Origin: a virus
Taxonomy: Duplodnaviria; Caudoviricetes
Length of the DNA: 35,645 nt
Direction: 5' to 3' (one strand)
IMG/VR virus record: IMGVR_UViG_3300034894_000009
Span: 1 to 35,645 of that record
Both the position numbers and the translations under genes were made by a program. How positions within the stretch are numbered: position 1 is the first letter of the stretch; each line of letters begins with the position of its first letter. The notes beneath the pieces were generated by a model. That model made no database searches. It was not told the origin of the DNA and was given only the letters and a program-made list of their open reading frames with translations. Positions 17,266 to 27,600 of this stretch are shown piece after piece.

Positions 17266-19683
17266 ATGGCAACAAGCAATTTTTTACAAGATGATATAGA
17301 CCCGGTAACTGGCCAAAAGAGAAAAGCCACTCAACAGTTGCAGATGGTTAATCCGAACTCGCAAAACACGCTAACCAAACTTTCGAGCGAGGCAATGCCT
17401 GGATCTGGAGGAACGGGGCCAACCGCCGGAACAGTTCCGATGCCCGATACTGTTTCAGGAAACAATGCGGTACTCGGAAAGGCACAGCAAAGCGTTCTTC
17501 AGCAACCACAGACAAGCCCATTACAGCAGGCAACGACCGCACAGGCCATGAACTGGATACAGAATCCATCGGGAGAGTACGATCCTCAACGGGTTAAACA
17601 GGCAACTCTTGAAAGCAATAAACAAGCCAATTCCGACAGCATGGAAGCCATGAGACGGCAATATGGAAGCTTGAGCGGATCGGGATTGTTCCAAAAGGAG
17701 ATGCTTGACAATGCCATAAGAAGCAACGTGCAGCAATCGCAACTTGGAGCTGATCTTGACAGACAGAATTATGACATCTACGTTGATTCTCTCGGAAGGA
17801 GTTCCGCAAATGCTCAGGCAGTGAACCAACAAAATGAAAATATATTTTCTCAACAAATTGGTAATGCCGCTACAGTTCGAGGTATGGGAGAAGGAGAACG
17901 ATCTCAGGGGCAGGGGCAGAAAAATACTCTTGAACAGATGGCGACACAACAGGGGTACACCAAAGAAAATCTTGCTCAACAACAAGCAAACACCGTTGCC
18001 CTGCAGAAGCTTGGATTTGACCAGAATGCGCAACAGGCGGCAACCGAGTTTGGTTATGACCTTACCAAATTGAAGACAGCACAGGATTTCACTGCAATAC
18101 AGCAGGATGTTCAAAATAAAATCGCACTGGCAATGCAGAACAATGACTCTGTGAACGCTCAGAAGCTTGAAACGCTCCGAGGTCAAATTACATCAGCACA
18201 ACAGATGCAACAGCAGGAAAATGCTATCAAGTTGCAGAAGCTTGGTTTCGACCAAACTACTCAGACGCTTGCGCAACAGTTCGGGTACGATCTGACCAAG
18301 CTCAAAACCGTAAACGATTTTACAGCAGCACAAGAAGATATTAAAAACAAACTCGCGGTATCGATGCAGGGTACTGACATTAAAGCGCAGCAAGACCTAA
18401 CTACACTCAAGGGTAAAATTGATGCGGCAGCACAACAGGCGCAACAGAAAAATGCTATTGAGCTGATGAACCTTGGGTATGAGCAGGATGTTCAGAAGCT
18501 TGCCACTCAACAGGGTTACGATCTTGTCAAGCTTGATAAGACCTTCGGTAATGACATTACGAAGTTGATTACCGCAACGAATCTTGATACTCAATCAAAA
18601 TCTTCGCTGATGGAATTGCAGGATCAGCTCGATAGCGGAAAACTGCTTACTCAGCAGAACTTTACTGCAATTCAGAATGATCTCGACCGACAGCTTGATC
18701 TTGCAAAGCAAAGCAACGAAGCCAAAACAGCGGAGAATCTGACTATTCTTAAAGGTCAGATAGATTCTGCTGCACAGGCAGCTCAAAACGAGTTTTCTGA
18801 TGCTCAACGTATCGCAACTCAATCTTGGCAGACCGGAGAAAACATTTCTGAACAGGATTTCGAAAAGGCCAAAATGTATTACGATTGGGCGCAAAAACAA
18901 GCAGAACAAACAAACAATATTGATGCGCAAAAAGTCATTGAACAGATGCGCATGAGTACCGAACTATCGATGCAAATGAATGGTATGGATCATGATACAC
19001 GAATGGCATTTTTGAAATCTCAACTTGCAGAATCGGCGGCAAGTGGAGAGTTCGGCAGACAAAAGAGCCTGATGACTCTTGCCTATACCCAGGATCTCAA
19101 TAAAATGGCAACTGAACAGGGTTACGATGTTGCCAAGATTGCTATGCAGGGGCAGATTGAAACCGCTCTGCAGGAAGGTAATTTTGACCATGCCGAAGCC
19201 ATGCAAAACACGCTTCTTACCGAACAGGCAAAACAAGCTTCTCTTAACCGTGGAGTGCAAACGCTTGAGCTTATGTTGCAGCAAAAGGGTATTGATCTGA
19301 ATGCTCAGAATGCTGAATGGGATCGATTGAAAGCCGGGGTCGAGGCGGGAACTGTTAAACCGGATGTGCTTCGCTCGTTCCTTGAGGAAACAGCAACAAC
19401 CAACGGATTAAAGATCGAAGCTCCCGATCCGATGGCAGTGTATAAAGAAGTGCAGCAGCAGATGCAGGCCATGAAACAGGAGTTCGGACTTACGCATCCA
19501 GAGATGGTTGCTAATCCGGCTACAGGTGAACTAAATGCTGCAGGATTGAAAGCATTCAACGATTTTTTCAACAAACAGATGTATAATACTGATAGTACCA
19601 CAAAGGCAGGAGTTACGACTTACGGGCCGATAACAACAACACAAAAAACATCACCAGCATCAACCAATGTGAGGCAGTGGTAA
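17266..19683 (+). CDS. Gln-rich coiled-coil internal virion / ejection protein
   Basis: 805 aa, Q/A-rich, with a 77-aa internal repeat; position typical of podovirus ejection genes. Confidence 0.6.
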   Translation: MATSNFLQDDIDPVTGQKRKATQQLQMVNPNSQNTLTKLSSEAMPGSGGTGPTAGTVPMPDTVSGNNAVLGKAQQSVLQQPQTSPLQQATTAQAMNWIQNPSGEYDPQRVKQATLESNKQANSDSMEAMRRQYGSLSGSGLFQKEMLDNAIRSNVQQSQLGADLDRQNYDIYVDSLGRSSANAQAVNQQNENIFSQQIGNAATVRGMGEGERSQGQGQKNTLEQMATQQGYTKENLAQQQANTVALQKLGFDQNAQQAATEFGYDLTKLKTAQDFTAIQQDVQNKIALAMQNNDSVNAQKLETLRGQITSAQQMQQQENAIKLQKLGFDQTTQTLAQQFGYDLTKLKTVNDFTAAQEDIKNKLAVSMQGTDIKAQQDLTTLKGKIDAAAQQAQQKNAIELMNLGYEQDVQKLATQQGYDLVKLDKTFGNDITKLITATNLDTQSKSSLMELQDQLDSGKLLTQQNFTAIQNDLDRQLDLAKQSNEAKTAENLTILKGQIDSAAQAAQNEFSDAQRIATQSWQTGENISEQDFEKAKMYYDWAQKQAEQTNNIDAQKVIEQMRMSTELSMQMNGMDHDTRMAFLKSQLAESAASGEFGRQKSLMTLAYTQDLNKMATEQGYDVAKIAMQGQIETALQEGNFDHAEAMQNTLLTEQAKQASLNRGVQTLELMLQQKGIDLNAQNAEWDRLKAGVEAGTVKPDVLRSFLEETATTNGLKIEAPDPMAVYKEVQQQMQAMKQEFGLTHPEMVANPATGELNAAGLKAFNDFFNKQMYNTDSTTKAGVTTYGPITTTQKTSPASTNVRQW
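17980..18560 (+). repeat. About 2.5 copies of a 231-bp (77-codon) in-frame repeat
   Basis: GCAGAAGCTTGGATTTGACCA at 18003 and GCAGAAGCTTGGTTTCGACCA at 18234; LQKLGFDQ...FGYDLTKLKT units. Confidence 0.8.
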
Positions 19684-20000
19684 TGGATAACCCCTTAATG
19701 TACGGAGCGCAAGCAGCGGGATCGACCGGAGGCGGGATAAATTGGGCTGGTTTAGGGCAGGGACTTTTGAACAGTATCCCGGTTATAGGCCCCATTGCAG
19801 GTGGAATTTTTGGAGCTTTTGGTAATGGCATGAATGCTAATGATGACAGAAAATACCGGAACCGGCTTTTCGATTATCAGAAACAGCAGGACAAGATACA
19901 GCAGGGAAATTTCGATCGCCAGATGGGAATGAACACCCTTTCTTTACTCCGGGATGATTTTAAAACTGCGCTGTACCGGTCGCTGACGAGGGGGTACTAA
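19683..20000 (+). CDS. Gly-rich small ejection/pilot-like protein
   Basis: TAATG overlap; hydrophobic Gly-rich N-terminal half (IPVIGPIAGGIFG) followed by a Q-rich helix. Confidence 0.6.
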   Translation: MDNPLMYGAQAAGSTGGGINWAGLGQGLLNSIPVIGPIAGGIFGAFGNGMNANDDRKYRNRLFDYQKQQDKIQQGNFDRQMGMNTLSLLRDDFKTALYRSLTRGY

Positions 20001-21346
20001 TGGCTTCGACACTTGGAAGCATATTTTCTTCTTTGGGTGAATCCCTTCCGAGAATGAGCAAGGCATTCACCGATGAGGAAGAACGGCGGCGAGAGCGGGA
20101 GATTGCGCTCGAAAGGTTGGCTCAGCTTCGAGCTACCAGCGAAGACCAAAATTATGAACGAGAGCAACGTAATTTAGGTGATCAACGATACAACGAATAC
20201 TCTTCTGACATGAGCGCGCTTTCCGAGCTTGGCGGTACTCCTGAAAGCGTTTTATCGCAGATGGACGCCGGGCCGTTACCAGCACAACAGCAGGGCAAAG
20301 TACAAAAACTGTACCGACTTTCGCAGCAGAAGCCTATGGAGCAGATGCAATCGTACGATCTTCCAAAATTGGCAGGATTCAACAAGGGTATTGGCAGTGC
20401 GATTGATACTGAGCTGGCTATGGAGAGGATGAACGCTTCATCCGGGAGTACAGGCGGAGGATCTTCGGTATATGGAATGAAAAAGAAAGAGTGGAATGAA
20501 AATCCAGAAAAAGCAAAAGGTGTTTTTATGGGGAAGGTTGAAACCCTTCTTGGATTAGGTCGTATTACCCCTGAAGAGGCTGAGGTATGGAAAAAAGATG
20601 TTGATGTTAGGCCTATCGATGCGTCCATTGCTCTTGACCAGCTACTGGTTAAACCAAGTGTTTCGGCAGCTAATGTTGCCGCTCAAACTCCCGCAAAGGT
20701 AGAACAGAAATATGCTCTTATTGCTCCAGAAGCGGCAGGTGCAGTGGCAGAACAAACAGCAAAAACGAACGCTCCCAGGCGTATGGACAAGGGAGAGCTT
20801 GAGTCGTTAAGGACGAAAAGATCGATCTACGACGATTTAACATCTGCACAAGCAAAGTTTAAGCCTGAGTATGCTAAGGCATATTTCGGTAAGCTGGTCA
20901 AAATTTCATTCTTGAAACAGAATGTTCCAGGTTTTTCTGATTTTATTTCCGATCTTGAAAGAGGAGTCGGAAAATATCGAAAAGACCAATTTGGAGCGTC
21001 TCAGACTGAGGGAGAAGCATCGAATCTAAAGGATGCCATAAACAAGGATCTTGATGTTGATCCGAAAGTTTTTATCACTCAGATGAACAATTTTGTACAA
21101 TCCCTTGAGCGAGACTATTCAGATGAAGTTGAAGTTTACAAATCTGACAATGTAAAAGTTCCAGATATTTTTAATGGCATACGAACAACGAAAACAGTGA
21201 ATCCAAACCGGCCAAACCCTCCACCGGTTAACACCCCGGTAGAGAGTTCTGGTATAAAACAGATAAAAACTGATGCCGATTATGATAACCTTCCTTCTGG
21301 AACCGAATTTATTGATCCTACCGGGAAACGCAGGAGAAAACCGTAA
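20000..21346 (+). CDS. Putative DNA-transfer/ejection protein
   Basis: 448-aa helical protein; C-terminal YDNLPSGTEFIDPTGKRRRKP motif typical of podovirus ejection proteins. Confidence 0.6.
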   Translation: MASTLGSIFSSLGESLPRMSKAFTDEEERRREREIALERLAQLRATSEDQNYEREQRNLGDQRYNEYSSDMSALSELGGTPESVLSQMDAGPLPAQQQGKVQKLYRLSQQKPMEQMQSYDLPKLAGFNKGIGSAIDTELAMERMNASSGSTGGGSSVYGMKKKEWNENPEKAKGVFMGKVETLLGLGRITPEEAEVWKKDVDVRPIDASIALDQLLVKPSVSAANVAAQTPAKVEQKYALIAPEAAGAVAEQTAKTNAPRRMDKGELESLRTKRSIYDDLTSAQAKFKPEYAKAYFGKLVKISFLKQNVPGFSDFISDLERGVGKYRKDQFGASQTEGEASNLKDAINKDLDVDPKVFITQMNNFVQSLERDYSDEVEVYKSDNVKVPDIFNGIRTTKTVNPNRPNPPPVNTPVESSGIKQIKTDADYDNLPSGTEFIDPTGKRRRKP

Positions 21347-22722
21347 TGGGATGGCGTGATGCACCGATTATTGAAGATGAGGTACCAATAAAAAACGCAT
21401 GGGAATCGGCTCCGCTTGTTGAAGAAGAGCCCGAAGAAAACCCCGGATATCGTGAGCGTGTTTCATCTGGATTCGACAAAGCTCTTTCCGAAAACATCGA
21501 ACGCCAGAAGGGTGGCGCTAATCCGATTGTTTCCACCCTTAGAACACTTACCGAAGCCCCTCAGATTGCAGTGAGTGAAATTCCCGGAGTTAAGCCCCTT
21601 GGCAAAGCAATAGGCAGTCTTTACGGTAATACTTATGGAAGGATTGGAGGAATGATTAAAAAGGGATATGAAAATGCTCCTCCACTCATAAAAAAAGCTG
21701 CCGATGCAACACTTATTCCGGGAGCATTAAAGGCTATTCCGAAAGTAATTTCAAAGGCCGATGAGGTACTACCTCAAACCGCAAAAGATGCTCTTGTTAC
21801 AGGCCTAAACCTTGCCGAGTACATTCCGGCGGCTAAAGGCGTTCGTATGGCAGAGCAGGGAACTAAAGCGGGATTGATGAAGACTGGTGAGGGGCTTGAA
21901 TCGCTTGGGAAAATGGTAAAGCCAGGCGAATTAAAAATGACAAAGCCAGTTGCCAATAAAGCTTACGGGAAAACACTTGACGAAAAAAAACAAACCATTG
22001 TAAATGATATTGCGGAATTTGGAACAACAAAACTTACCAATAAAAGATCAGCAATTGATGCAATGGAAAAAGCTCAACAGCGTTTTGACAAAGCTGATGA
22101 AATTGCCACCACATTAAAAAGTAATCCAAATACGCCGCTTACCAATATTGACAACGTGCTATTAAAGGATATTGATGTTGAAAAACTTGCAGATATTGAC
22201 CTTGAAGATTCGGCGATTGAATACATACAATCTCTCGTATCAAAAATGGATAAAAAGGGATTTCGAGGAGAGGTTACACTTGACCAACTTATAAAGGCAA
22301 AGCAATCTTTAAATAGGCAGGGAAAAGTATTTGGGCATGGCCCGGCACCAACGGATGAAGATGCGTTGAAACAGGTAATAAAAAAGAAAATGTATCTTAA
22401 TCTTGTTGACGCTATTGGAGAATTATCACCAGAAATAAAGGCAATGAATCAGGAAGGTAAAAGGCTCCTTGATGTGCATGCAGCACTTACCGGTGCGGCA
22501 AGCAGAGAAGCAAATTTAAATGCAGCGGGACTTACGGATTGGGTTGTTGGGGGGGCTACTATTGCGAATCCTGGATCATTGGCGGTTACCGCACCGCTAT
22601 TAGTTACCAAGAAAGCCCTTGGTGGTGGCAGATTCGGCAATTTGTCGATAAATGCAGGTCGATTTTTACAGGGGAAAAATCCAAAATCTATTGAAGAAAC
22701 GCTTGCAAAGGTTGCAAGATAA
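21346..22722 (+). CDS. Putative DNA-transfer/ejection protein
   Basis: 458 aa; N-terminal WRDAPII/WESAPLV repeats; A/G/K-rich helical body. Confidence 0.6.
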   Translation: MGWRDAPIIEDEVPIKNAWESAPLVEEEPEENPGYRERVSSGFDKALSENIERQKGGANPIVSTLRTLTEAPQIAVSEIPGVKPLGKAIGSLYGNTYGRIGGMIKKGYENAPPLIKKAADATLIPGALKAIPKVISKADEVLPQTAKDALVTGLNLAEYIPAAKGVRMAEQGTKAGLMKTGEGLESLGKMVKPGELKMTKPVANKAYGKTLDEKKQTIVNDIAEFGTTKLTNKRSAIDAMEKAQQRFDKADEIATTLKSNPNTPLTNIDNVLLKDIDVEKLADIDLEDSAIEYIQSLVSKMDKKGFRGEVTLDQLIKAKQSLNRQGKVFGHGPAPTDEDALKQVIKKKMYLNLVDAIGELSPEIKAMNQEGKRLLDVHAALTGAASREANLNAAGLTDWVVGGATIANPGSLAVTAPLLVTKKALGGGRFGNLSINAGRFLQGKNPKSIEETLAKVAR

Positions 22723-22813
22723 ACGGTATAAACTCCGGCACCGACATACAAGTCCGGGTGTTTAAGATGGCAACGAAAGGAAAGAGATGTGTGAGATAAA
22801 GATTGGTGGTCGA

Positions 22814-23215
22814 ATGGTTGAAATTAGTCTGCTGTCAAAGACGAAAGACGGAAAAATCGATATCGCAGCTACTATTAAAAGCGTATCGATAGTGGGGGGA
22901 GTACTAATTGCAACAGTTGGCACTCTCTACGGATGCGGTAAAGCTTACGCCGATCTAAAGATCACGCAAATGCACCAAGAAGTTTTTATTCCGACGATGA
23001 CTGAGTTTGTAAAAAAAATATCATATACAGAACGCGAAACTGATTCAATAATAGCGTATTGCAACAATAAAAACAACGAAGAGGTGCGGCTGCTTCTTCA
23101 TGAGATATCTTTTCAGATGAGGGTGAATAACCAGATGCATATTGACAATGAGGGTATCGAAGCGTACAACAACGCGCTTAAAAAGGTGCTTGCTATCGAC
23201 GGTAGTGGAAAATGA
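22814..23215 (+). CDS. Single-TM membrane protein (lysis-region)
   Basis: GGTGG SD before MVEISL; TM segment SIVGGVLIATVGTLYG followed by a helical region. Confidence 0.55.
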   Translation: MVEISLLSKTKDGKIDIAATIKSVSIVGGVLIATVGTLYGCGKAYADLKITQMHQEVFIPTMTEFVKKISYTERETDSIIAYCNNKNNEEVRLLLHEISFQMRVNNQMHIDNEGIEAYNNALKKVLAIDGSGK

Positions 23216-23595
23216 AAACAGAAGCCTTTGCCACGGTATTATTGTGTCTGTTTATTTGTATGATAACAGTACTGCAATATCAACTGTATAGCCAAAAAGA
23301 AGATAAAAATATATTTTTGAAATGGCAGAGAAATGGGTATGAATATGTTGATTATCAATCTACAGACGGAAAAGTGTACCATGTAATTCCAGATCAAGTA
23401 TTTTGGAACAAATACGGGTATAATGCGGCAAGGCATGGATTGTCAATGTTTTATTGGAACTACGGAAATAGGGTTATAAATGTTCCAAGTGACGGAATGT
23501 TTATTATAAATCAGGACAACGGTGTGTTTTACGTTGATGTAAATGGAAAACCAATTACGCATCTTGTTGATGTAATAGCTAGGAGGTCAGAATGA
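23212..23595 (+). CDS. N-terminally anchored hypothetical protein
   Basis: ATGA overlap; hydrophobic N-terminus. Confidence 0.6.
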   Translation: MKTEAFATVLLCLFICMITVLQYQLYSQKEDKNIFLKWQRNGYEYVDYQSTDGKVYHVIPDQVFWNKYGYNAARHGLSMFYWNYGNRVINVPSDGMFIINQDNGVFYVDVNGKPITHLVDVIARRSE

Positions 23596-24350
23596 TAAAA
23601 CAAGAATTTATCGACCACACGAAAACCGTCCGGGCATGGATAATTGCAATGATTGCATCGTGGGATGACCTGGAAAAGATCACTAATCTCATTCTAAAAT
23701 ATGTAGGTAATCCAGAATTAAAACTATTCAACGAAAAGGTTGATTCGTGGTTTATCGCTCAGTTTCCAGAGATGAATATTATAGGAATTGACGGTACTAA
23801 AAATATACCGGCATGGATATCAAATCTCGACGGGTTCGGAACATATTTTCATGATGGAATTTTTGATGCAACACATGATACCATTTTACCAGAATGTGCG
23901 ATCATTAAAAACACCCGTAAAAACACCCTGATTGCCGGACAGTCGCGGGGTGGGCTAATTGCTCTTTTCCTAAATTATCTTTTGAAAGGACAAGGGTATC
24001 AAAACGTGGAGTCGTTCGGCTTTGCGAATCCTTTTGGAACGACAAATGCAGGAACCGAAAATATGCGCAAATTCGGAATACGCCACACAAACTTTGTGAC
24101 CGATGCTTTTGGTAGCATTCCCTCAGATCCAACTGACGATGTGGGGGTTATTGGTGGCGGGCACTACGGGCATGTTGAGACGTTGTACGGGGGAGCCGGG
24201 GTATTTGATCACTCATACCTCAATATCACGCTAAAACTAAGCGCCTGGCTGCTCAGGCAATACGACGAGAAACATGATGAGAAGCTTTTGCGTGATGCGG
24301 TATTCTTGGCAAAAATGGCCGATAAGGGAAACGATTTAATAAAGAAATGA
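23592..24350 (+). CDS. Alpha/beta-hydrolase, class-3 lipase-like
   Basis: IDGT, FHDGIF, nucleophile elbow IAGQSRGG, SFGFANP, candidate catalytic Asp (SDPTDDV) and His (DHSY). Confidence 0.8.
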   Translation: MIKQEFIDHTKTVRAWIIAMIASWDDLEKITNLILKYVGNPELKLFNEKVDSWFIAQFPEMNIIGIDGTKNIPAWISNLDGFGTYFHDGIFDATHDTILPECAIIKNTRKNTLIAGQSRGGLIALFLNYLLKGQGYQNVESFGFANPFGTTNAGTENMRKFGIRHTNFVTDAFGSIPSDPTDDVGVIGGGHYGHVETLYGGAGVFDHSYLNITLKLSAWLLRQYDEKHDEKLLRDAVFLAKMADKGNDLIKK

Positions 24351-24357
24351 GGACTGC

Positions 24358-24600
24358 ATGAAACGAAACATTGCAATTTTAATGATTATCATTGTTGAGA
24401 TTCTTCGGCAGCTTGGAATCGATGTGAATATCGAACAGGCTAATTATACCGGCGGACAGCTTATGCAGGGTATTGCTGCATTGTGGGGAATATATGGTGT
24501 TGTTCAATCTCTTCATAAAAAGTGGAAAGCCGGAGAGATTGACCTGTTTAAAATACTGATTAGCGTTTATGATAAATACAAGAAAAGCGGTGGGAAATGA
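24358..24600 (+). CDS. Holin-like small membrane protein
   Basis: 80 aa; two hydrophobic segments around LGIDV; basic C-terminus. Confidence 0.5.
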   Translation: MKRNIAILMIIIVEILRQLGIDVNIEQANYTGGQLMQGIAALWGIYGVVQSLHKKWKAGEIDLFKILISVYDKYKKSGGK

Positions 24601-27600
24601 GATTTATTTTATTCGTTCTGATTATTGTGTCAGTGGCATTTTCAGCAAATTTTTTCATTCGATCTGACGGAGTAGCAACAAAGGCAAACGCCACCGGCCC
24701 ATATACCGACGTTAATGCCTGCATGACCGTAACCACACATAACGCCGCTACTTATTCGGCTGGTGATAATGTTTACATTTACGGAGTTAATAGATTAACA
24801 GCTCTAAATCCTCCGTCCACTGGTGTTAATTATAAAAATATTGGAGGTATGGCTGAAATAAACGGATCAAAACTATTGACATCTGCAACATATAGATGGA
24901 TAAAAAGTTCTTCCGGTCGTAACGAGTATTATTGTGAACTTGCAGCAGGCGGTAATCCGTCGATAGCAAGTCCATCATACATGTGGATAAATGACCAAAG
25001 GTGCCTTGTTGACGGCACACTTGGAAACCTTGACCAACATAAAGGCAAGTATGGCGATAATGACGGTTTGGGATTTTCAACAATTTACGTTAGATTTGAA
25101 GAGGGAGATCCCGATGTTGTGACAGGCATAAAAGTTGAAGTGTCGGCAACCAACTATGCATGGACACACACTTCAACTAATATAGCAAACTGCACGTTTG
25201 ATTCTATCCTGTTTAACAAAACCACATCATACGTAGGATATTTAAGTACAGCGTGTACATCGTTTGTATTCAAAAATTGTCGCTTTGAAAAAGGTTCTGA
25301 CATGTTTCAAATGACGAATCCGATGCGGTGGAAATTCCACAACTGTACATTCGCAGAATCACATGGAGCAAATTACGGCGTGTACGTAATAGGAACTTCA
25401 ACAGATTCAATATTGTTTAATTATTGTGTTGTCAAAGAAACGTACTCAAACGGATTCTATTTTAATACAACGGTTGCAACCGTTTATGATATTATCAACT
25501 GTAGTATTTACGGAACCGGAAGTACAGCAGTACGCATACCAACTGGTAATACAGATGCAGAGGTAAATATAAGCAATACAGCCATAATAAATCATGGTTG
25601 GCGATCATCATCGACTTATGGGATACAGGCATCTTCCGGAACTGTTGATGTTGCTCACAGTTACTATACGGATAACTGGGTTTCACCAGCAAGTGGTGGA
25701 GGAGTAACTGGAACTATTGATAGTACCGGAAATATATACGGCGGATTTTCTCGCATTGTATCACATAAAATAAAAAACGCACCATTTGCAATAACGTTCG
25801 ATGACCGTACAAGCCTTGCATATGCAGACACATTGGCAAAAGTGTGTAACGCAAACGGGGTATACCTTACCGTTGCCCTTCCAAATACCAATCAATTTAG
25901 TGCCGCTGAATGGGATACTGCAAATGTTTTTGTATCAAATGGTAATGAGATATCGAACCATACGCAGGATCATGCCATGCTTAACGTAATGACGGCCTGT
26001 ACGCTCCAGTATGTTGGAGCAGGAACTGCTGCAACAGTTACCATAGATTCGGTAAACAAAACCCTCGTTACATCAATAACAGATGCTTCTGGCGATAATT
26101 TAAACATATCTCTTACCAATGCATCGTACAATACAACGACCGAACTAATAGCATACCTCGAAGGGCTTGCTGCGTATACATGTGGAAAAACAGAAGCATA
26201 CAATGATGCAGTTCAAACATCATTATTATTTGGTGTTTCTGGATCAAGTATAATGTCGAAACTTCCGTTGGGGTATGATTCAACAAGGTTTTACGATTAT
26301 CAAATAGCAGGTAATGCAAAATATCTTGACGATTCTATAACAGTTGCAGGATATACCTGTAGAACAATCTTGTGGCCCTACGGAAGACACGACGATAGTG
26401 TCGATGTCTTCTCACGAAAACTTGGAGTGATAGGCGCAAGAGACGTATCTCCTATGATTTCAGAATTTCCTTATGTTGATATTTACGATATACCATCATG
26501 GGGAATATCTGACATATATTCTGCTACGGAAGCGACGATGAAACGAAGATGTGCCGCCGTGCTTGAGGGCAGCGCGTATACCGGATACGGAGCCTGCTTG
26601 CAGCATGGCTGGACAGGAACAAGTAAGGCAGGAAGTATTATATTTACTGAATACGCAGATACGGCTCAAGAACTCGGGTATTGTAAAGCCACAACGTTCG
26701 CGCTATTGAGTGATACCATAAGATCGTGGGGCACACCTTATAGAACAAACATTGACACAGGAAGATTCTATTTTATTAATAACAGAAATTATCTTGATTT
26801 AAGATTGCTCAGCGCGTCACCCCTTGCTTCCGCCGGAGATACCGGGAAGCTAAAAAGAGATCTTGGATTGATATTAAATATGAATGGCGATACCATTGTT
26901 AGAGCTGACGGATCTTTAAAAACTACTAGTGTAAATATAGGAGCATATGGAACATACAATGCCTCACCGCCTCCGGACTCTTTTACAATAGATACAACAT
27001 GGTATTTGGGAGGAGCAGCAAGTGGAACTGTGATAGTACTACCTTCGCGACTTAAATTTGAGGAAAACGAACCATGCTCAGTTGTTGCAATCCCGTCATC
27101 TGGATATAGATGCGACTCCATTATTTATCAAGGGGACGGAATAATCGGAGAGACAAAAATAACAAATGACACATTGGCTTTAACAATGACAGAAAACATT
27201 AGCGCAAGCGTGTATTTTTCACTTATTCCTGTAGTAGACACGAATACTTACGATACAATAAACAGGTGGTCTGATTTACTTTTTCAAGATTATTTTGAAA
27301 CTGGTACATATCATCGATGGGCACAAATAGGTGCTGTAGATGTTTGGGATTGGAATAAATTGGACACTGTAAATGTTACAGATAGCATTAAAAAAGGAAG
27401 ATATGCGCTTAAGGTTAAATACGACGGAAAATGTAATGCATTGTTTGACGATGACTATACAAACACAACGAACCGGTCACACGACACTGTTTTCGAGAGG
27501 TTTGAAATATACTTAGGAAGCGATTTTTCTCTCACCACAAACAGTGAGGTAGTAATAGGATCAGTTGCAAACACTACTCAGGGAAATCAGGCGTATTTGC

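Noticed and set aside
17266-19683. Tape measure protein
   Set aside because: No tail tube, sheath or tail chaperone genes are present; the adaptor-nozzle-fibre order indicates a podovirus, so an ejection protein fits better.
17348-19831. Several - strand ORFs (for example 17521-18186)
   Set aside because: Shadows of the Gln-rich + strand gene, with no SD and implausible composition.
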